In this document: positions 27,203 through 32,000 of the stretch, piece by piece
How positions within the stretch are numbered: position 1 is the first letter of the stretch
How the letters are laid out: the number at the start of each line of letters is the position of its first letter
Assembly (NCBI RefSeq): GCF_000015145.1
Contig: NC_008818.1
Span: forward strand, 240,001-272,000
Source of the DNA: Hyperthermus butylicus DSM 5456
GTDB lineage: Archaea > Thermoproteota > Thermoprotei_A > Sulfolobales > Pyrodictiaceae
DNA: 32,000 bases
Reading direction: 5' to 3'
Translations under genes and position numbers: made by a program
The notes under the pieces: model-generated
Database searches by the model: none
Seen by the model: only the letters and a program-made list of their open reading frames with translations
What the model was told of the DNA's origin: nothing

Positions 27203-27286
27203 AGGGGCTGGGGATGACTGACAGGCTATACGCCGACCCCTCCCTGGGGGTGGCGAGGTGCCGCGGCTAGGGAGGACCCAGCCCCT
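27203..27286 (+). promoter_or_regulatory. Strongly structured leader/intergenic element upstream of the MATE gene; candidate regulatory RNA or ncRNA
   Basis: Outer helix AGGGGCTGGG (27203-27212)/CCCAGCCCCT (27277-27286), inner helix CCTCCCT (27239-27245)/AGGGAGG (27269-27275), possible small hairpin GGCtatacGCC between them. Confidence 0.4.
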
Positions 27287-27349
27287 TCGGAGGCTGCCTA
27301 CTAGTTTTTGAAGAACGGTTTCCTCCTCTCGCCCTGCCGGCTGTGAGCC

Positions 27350-28774
27350 TTGGCTGACGCTGGTGAGCGGCTGGGGAGGCTGCGGGAGAGGGTTCTCAGC
27401 GAGGAGAATATTGTCCGGCTCCTCGTGTGGCTTGCCGTGCCGTTGATGGCTTCTAGTAGTGTTAGGATACTCTACGAAGCTGTGGACGCTTTCTGGCTGT
27501 CGAGGCTCGGCGAGGCCGCCCTCGGCACACCAATAGTCTCGTGGCCCTATCCTGACATAGTGTTTGCTGTAGCGTTTGGCCTCTCGGGCAGCGTATCAGC
27601 CATAGCAGGCCAGTACATCGGGGCCGGCCTCTACGACCGAGCTTCGCGCAGCGCCGGCACCGTCCTAGGCCTCATAATGATTGTCGCCGTGCCCGGCTCC
27701 ATAGCTATAGCTGCTACTGCGCCGCTCTACCTCGATGCTATAGGGGTGCCCGAGACCGTTAAGCCCCTCGCCGAAGTGTACCTGGCCATCATAGCGCTCG
27801 GCACACCGTTCTCGGCGCTATTCCTCTTCTTCAACATGCTGCTGGGAGCAGCCGGCGACACGAGGACACCGGTTAAGGTGTCTATAGCAGCTACAGCGAT
27901 AAACGCTGTTCTAGACCCCATACTGATATTCGTGGCTGACCTCGGCGTCCTCGGAGCTGCTCTTGCCACCTTTATAGCCTCCCTGTTCTCCGCCAGCTAT
28001 GCCGCCTATAGCCTAGCCACGGGGAGGCACGGGTTCAGGCTGGGTATTCGGGACCTCATACCCGACCGCAGCCTGTTACCGCTTGTCGCCAAGGTCTCGG
28101 CGCCGCTGGTGGTGCAGCGTCTAGGCATGACATTGGGCTTTATGGTTATGGCTGGCATCGTGGCTGGCTTGGGCGAGGTAGTGCTGGCAGCATACCAGGT
28201 TGGCCACGTGGCGCTCAGCATTGACTCGATAATATCGATGCCTCTAGCCCGCTCGGTAGGCATAGTCGTAGCCCAATCCCTCGGCGCAGGCCAGACCTGG
28301 AGGGCGCGCAAAGCCGTGAAAACCGGGCTACTACTCCTAGCAGGCTTCGTCGGAGCATACATAGCAGCCATAGTCTACTTCGCCGAAGAGTTTGCTAGGA
28401 TATTCACTAGCAACCCGGAAACAGTAAAGGTTATAGTGGACATGCTCCACGTCTTCGGGCCAAGCATACTATCCTTCAACTTACTCACATTAGCAAATGT
28501 CGTAGCGAGGAGCAGCGGCCACACGTTCTTCATATCAGCCCTAGGCATAGCTAGGCTGTGGTTCCTCCGGATACCCCTCTCATGGCTTCTAGCCTACCAG
28601 CTAGGCCTAGGCGAGAAGGGACTATGGGCAGGCATGGCTATAAGCAACCACGTAGCCGGTGGAACAGCCCTAGCATGGCTAGCCTACGGCAACTGGGCCA
28701 AACCAGTAATAACGCAGGAGCAAAGAGAGCATAAACCCGGACACATGAAGACACAGTCACAACAGCAGGGCTAG
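27350..28774 (+). CDS. MATE family efflux transporter
   Basis: LVWLAVPLMASSSVRILYEAVDAFWLSRLGEAALG, SGSVSAIAGQYIGAG, NMLLGAAGDTRTPVKVS, IVVAQSLGAGQ. Confidence 0.93.
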   Translation: MADAGERLGRLRERVLSEENIVRLLVWLAVPLMASSSVRILYEAVDAFWLSRLGEAALGTPIVSWPYPDIVFAVAFGLSGSVSAIAGQYIGAGLYDRASRSAGTVLGLIMIVAVPGSIAIAATAPLYLDAIGVPETVKPLAEVYLAIIALGTPFSALFLFFNMLLGAAGDTRTPVKVSIAATAINAVLDPILIFVADLGVLGAALATFIASLFSASYAAYSLATGRHGFRLGIRDLIPDRSLLPLVAKVSAPLVVQRLGMTLGFMVMAGIVAGLGEVVLAAYQVGHVALSIDSIISMPLARSVGIVVAQSLGAGQTWRARKAVKTGLLLLAGFVGAYIAAIVYFAEEFARIFTSNPETVKVIVDMLHVFGPSILSFNLLTLANVVARSSGHTFFISALGIARLWFLRIPLSWLLAYQLGLGEKGLWAGMAISNHVAGGTALAWLAYGNWAKPVITQEQREHKPGHMKTQSQQQG

Positions 28775-28854
28775 ACAAGTACGAGCCTTGAGAACCCGAA
28801 ACCAGCAGAGGAGCAAGTCCCAAGCTATCCCGAGATCAGGAAGGGGACGGGAAG

Positions 28855-29445
28855 CTACTCTCCCTGCGGGCCTGCCTGGGGGTGGATGATGTTAGAACCC
28901 CTAACTCCCCGGGCAGACCCGCCAGGGGGCTGATGAGGCCCGGCTTTGCTGACACCAACATCCCTACCGCTGCCGCATAGCTCCACGTATAGCTCCTCGA
29001 CTCCTGGCGGCCGAAACACCGTGTAGACAGCATAGCACCTCGCAAACCCGCTAGAGAGTATGCGTGCCAGCCTGCGGGGGGCATCAGCGGCCGCCGCAGA
29101 CCCGGCAACAACTATACTGTCAGCTGTGTGGCAGGACCTCCGCGCCACCAGTCTCCCAGGCCTAGATCCGGGGGACAGCCCGTAAACCGCGAAGCTAGCC
29201 ACACTCCCTCCAGGCTCGGCGGCGAAGATGATTAGTACTGCTAGGCCTCGCCTAGTAGCGCAGCTCCTCAGCTCTTCGCCACCACTACACGAGATACAAG
29301 CTATGCAATCCCCTCTCGGTGTAAGTACGCTTCGCTCCTCAAGCTCGAGAGTAGACTCGTGAGCAAGTTGAACGTTGGGGTGGCCGCGACACCGCACTAC
29401 AGCGATACAAGTGCCAAGCTCCACACAGCTCCCCCGATGTGCCAC
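28855..29445 (-). CDS. DUF371-like protein with C-terminal extension
   Basis: VVRCRGHPNVQLAHESTLELEERSVLTPRGDCIACISCSGG resembles DUF371; the real start may be a GTG near 29424. Confidence 0.65.
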   Translation of the reverse strand: MAHRGSCVELGTCIAVVRCRGHPNVQLAHESTLELEERSVLTPRGDCIACISCSGGEELRSCATRRGLAVLIIFAAEPGGSVASFAVYGLSPGSRPGRLVARRSCHTADSIVVAGSAAAADAPRRLARILSSGFARCYAVYTVFRPPGVEELYVELCGSGRDVGVSKAGPHQPPGGSARGVRGSNIIHPQAGPQGE

Positions 29446-29551
29446 CCTAGATTTCGGTACTTGTTAAGACAGAGGATAGAGGACGAACACATACGCTGCC
29501 CGCTCCTTCCCACGTATAAGCGTGCTTATGCTGAAAGTGGGGTAGTACTCA

Positions 29552-30556
29552 TCATACTTGTATGGACAGTAGCGCTGCTGCTTGCTGTTTCGGCTGTTTA
29601 GAGTAGCCTGCTATTGCTATGATTATGGCGTCCTCGGCGTCTAGGAGTGCTTGTTCTAAAGCAGCGGCGAGGACGTCTACTGTCAGCACGGCCGCTATGT
29701 AGGTTTTTGCTACTAGCTTCCGGTTGTGTTTCCTGGCTGCTGCAATGTAAGCGTCCGCTGGTGGCAGGTTTTCCGGTAGCTGCTGTGGCGCCTTTGCCTT
29801 GAGTATCGTCTCTAGCTGTTCTGCATCTTTTGTCTCTATAGCTTGGCGTAGACTGTCTGCTGGGAGCCTGTACGTCCTAAGGTTTTCGAAGTAGAGCTGA
29901 CTGGTTTCACTAGGGGCCTCCAGGACTGCTAGGGTTGATGCTATTCTTACTGCTGTTATGTCTAGCCGCGCGCCTATGATCTCGCGTGCGTACTCTGTTT
30001 CTGCCACTTGTAGCGCCTCTGCCAAGGCTGCTATGAGTTCTAGGTCTAGGGCCGTGCTTAGGTATTCAGGGTTCTTCTCGACGATTGCCGCTGCTTTTTC
30101 GAGACCTACTGCCCTTAGCGCCTGGCTTGGCTTTGCCTCCTCCTCGGCCAGCCTCCTGAGGAGCCCCACCTGGGGGGATGCCGGCTGTACTAGCTCCTCG
30201 TCTCGTGGGGGTGTTTTGCCCCGTAGCATTCTCCCTATTATAATCTCGGCATCGTGGACTAGGAGTACTAGCTTGTAGGCCCTGTGTATCGCCTCAGCCT
30301 TCCCCGAGGCTATGGCTTCGAACCTGCCGAGCAGCTCGGCCATGTACCTATAGGCTGCCACCTCAACTGGGCGAGGATTGGCAGGCTTCTCAGGGAGGTA
30401 CTTGGAGAGCTTTGTTGCCTGGAAGAGTTCTAACACTGCCTCATCGCCAGTATATTGCGCCATAAGTGCCTTGAGGTCGTCTTCAAGGCTTAGTAGCCTG
30501 GCCGTGAAGGCTTTGACATTGAGGTAGTCGACACCTACGTCGGGGATCCGGTTCAA
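29552..30556 (-). CDS. atpC: A/V-type ATP synthase subunit C
   Basis: DYLNVKAFTARLLSLEDDLKALMAQ, YRYMAELLGRFEAIASGKAEAIHRAYKLVLLVHDAEIIIGRMLRGKTP, overall alpha-helical layout of about 330 aa. Confidence 0.8.
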   Translation of the reverse strand: MNRIPDVGVDYLNVKAFTARLLSLEDDLKALMAQYTGDEAVLELFQATKLSKYLPEKPANPRPVEVAAYRYMAELLGRFEAIASGKAEAIHRAYKLVLLVHDAEIIIGRMLRGKTPPRDEELVQPASPQVGLLRRLAEEEAKPSQALRAVGLEKAAAIVEKNPEYLSTALDLELIAALAEALQVAETEYAREIIGARLDITAVRIASTLAVLEAPSETSQLYFENLRTYRLPADSLRQAIETKDAEQLETILKAKAPQQLPENLPPADAYIAAARKHNRKLVAKTYIAAVLTVDVLAAALEQALLDAEDAIIIAIAGYSKQPKQQAAALLSIQV

Positions 30557-30891
30557 CCCTTAACCACCCTCGCAAGCATGTCAAGGGCTGTTCTCAGTGC
30601 CTCCTCACGCCTAGCCTCTATCCGCTCTTGGAGCCTTGCAGCCTCCTCCCGCTCCCTCCGGGTGAACTCCTCCTCCAGCCTTGCCAGCTCCCTCTTCACG
30701 GCCTCCTCTATCCTCTGCTTTGCCTGCTCTAGCAACTGCTCGGCTACTGCACGGAGCTGGGCTGCAAGCCGGTCAGCCTGCTCTACGAGCCTTGCAGCCT
30801 CCTCCTCTGCCTGCTTCTCTAGGGCCTCAAGCTTGGACTCCATCTCCTCTACAGCGTGTAGTATCTTGCTTAGCTCCCTAGCCTCGCTCAA
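30553..30891 (-). CDS. A/V-type ATP synthase peripheral-stalk coiled-coil subunit (H/G-like)
   Basis: Almost entirely coiled-coil of 112 aa (ELSKILHAVEEMESKLEALEKQAEEEAARLVEQADRLA...), overlapping the subunit C start by 4 nt. Too short for a full subunit E. Confidence 0.7.
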   Translation of the reverse strand: MSEARELSKILHAVEEMESKLEALEKQAEEEAARLVEQADRLAAQLRAVAEQLLEQAKQRIEEAVKRELARLEEEFTRREREEAARLQERIEARREEALRTALDMLARVVKG

Positions 30892-30933
30892 GACGCGGGC
30901 TCCCCCGCACCAGCCGGTCTAGGGTCTTAGGGG

Positions 30934-30940
30934 TATTTAA
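30934..30940 (-). promoter_or_regulatory. Putative TATA box for the ATP synthase gene pair
   Basis: Minus strand TTAAATA (CCCTTAAATACCCC) about 45 nt upstream of the start at 30891. Confidence 0.45.
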
Positions 30941-31348
30941 GGGGGTGTTCTAGCTGCAGCCCCTGCCCCATGACATGTCCTCGGCCGTCACGCTGTAGGC
31001 GTCCGGCACCTTGGGGGTCTCCGCTGGCCCCCGCGCATGCTGCTACGATTACCCGGTGGTTGCGGTAACGGCTCGGCATTGTATGGTAGAGCTTTGTCCC
31101 ACCTTCCCCAAAGCCTCGACGACCTCCTGGCTGCCAGCCTCGACCATTTCGTCTCCACAGCGAGCATGGTCCCAGCCTCCTCGTCTACTATGACATGATC
31201 GCTTCTACCTGCAGTGGTAAGCTGCCAACGGTGTCAAGAACAGTACTGCGCCTAGAGGTGGCGAGCTTAAGGGTCAACATGCGGCATCACAGTTATGCTG
31301 CAAACTCAAACCTATAATTGCCCCTTGCCCGAGAAGCGGTTATGGCTG

Positions 31349-32000
31349 ATGACGGGAGGAGGGTTGACGAGGACTCGGGGTCTAGCCTATGCTGTTACGG
31401 CTGCTATACTTTGGGGGAGTATTGGCGTAGCCTACCGGCTAGCCTTGAGCCATGGTGCTAGCCGTGAATGGCTTATTCTCGGTCGCCCCCTCATCGGCGG
31501 CCTAGGCTCTCTCGCTGCCACAGTGCTCGGCTATGGCAGGCCTGGCAGGTGGAGCCTCCTTGTGGGTGCTGGTACGCTAGCACCGCTGGTGGTTGTCTAT
31601 CTCTTCGCCGTCGAGCTTCTCGGCGCTGCACTTGCCAGCATACTGCTCTACACGGCGCCGATATGGGTGGCCCTCCTCGGCCTGCTCCTCCTCGGTGAAA
31701 AGCCGGGGACCCGTGGTGCTCTAGCTGTAGCCCTAGGCTTCACTGGCTCCTTCCTCATAGCGTTTGAGGGCTGGGCCCGTGCAAGCCTCGTAGCCGTACT
31801 TGTTGGGCTTGCAGCTGGCCTACTCTACGCAGCCTACATGCTCGCCGCCCGCTATGCGTTACGCCACGGTGCTGGGGAGCTAGAGGTTGGACTCCACAGC
31901 CAGCCCTTCACAGCCATGGCAGTAGCAGCTGTAACAAAGCCAGGGGAGCTGCCTGCGACTGTGGACTTGCCATGGATGCTCTATCTCGGAGTCGCCACGA
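31349..32000 (+). CDS. EamA/DMT-family transporter, 3' end outside the window
   Basis: TTG start at 31364 (or in-frame ATG at 31349): TRTRGLAYAVTAAILWGSIGVAYRLALSHGAS...EWLILGRPLIGG...LLGAALASILLYTAPIWVALLGLLLLGEKPG. Confidence 0.88.
   Translation, partial: MTGGGLTRTRGLAYAVTAAILWGSIGVAYRLALSHGASREWLILGRPLIGGLGSLAATVLGYGRPGRWSLLVGAGTLAPLVVVYLFAVELLGAALASILLYTAPIWVALLGLLLLGEKPGTRGALAVALGFTGSFLIAFEGWARASLVAVLVGLAAGLLYAAYMLAARYALRHGAGELEVGLHSQPFTAMAVAAVTKPGELPATVDLPWMLYLGVAT

Noticed and set aside
27203-27286. Possible tRNA or fluoride riboswitch from the GGGGCTG/CAGCCCC pair
   Set aside because: No T-loop or anticodon arm, and the fluoride riboswitch core motif is not matched; kept only as an unidentified structured element.
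29359-29601. 80 aa plus-strand ORF ending in a hydrophobic helix
   Set aside because: Overlaps the 5' end of the DUF371-like gene and the 3' end of the subunit C gene on the other strand; no independent support.
1-32000. CRISPR array, transposon ends or integrase
   Set aside because: No regularly spaced direct repeats, transposase or integrase ORF were found by eye. A self-dotplot would be needed to exclude weak repeats.

Overview
This 32 kb window is densely packed with genes and looks like the chromosome of a hyperthermophilic crenarchaeote, probably close to Desulfurococcales/Pyrodictiaceae (inferred from gene content, many GTG/TTG starts and TATA-type promoters). I found no rRNA, convincing tRNA, CRISPR array, integrase or transposase. 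Most CDSs are housekeeping or metabolic: thiazole synthase (Thi4 family), TrkA-C membrane protein, two radical SAM proteins, metallophosphoesterases, ABC ATPase, histidine phosphatase, dihydroorotate dehydrogenase, CYTH protein, TatA-like protein, ArsA/Get3-like ATPase, VapB, endonuclease III, MFS, carbamate kinase, SAM methyltransferase, two MBL-fold proteins, DUF711, MATE, DUF371-like, archaeal ATP synthase subunits C and H-like, and EamA. The most interesting signals are: (1) a probable ABC exporter locus at about 22.9-24.5 kb, where the ATPase frame has an in-frame TAG and an apparently degenerate Walker A/Q-loop, and the permease frame is broken at a GGGG run; (2) an intact vapB followed by a vapC that is readable only across two frame changes; (3) an AT-richer patch at 17.85-19.04 kb with broken or short secreted-type ORFs; (4) a highly structured leader at 27203-27286 before the MATE gene; (5) a GC-rich hairpin cluster at 5451-5520 between convergent genes. 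I see no clear evidence of a new defence or mobile system. The broken genes could be biological decay or assembly indels, and resequencing would settle which.
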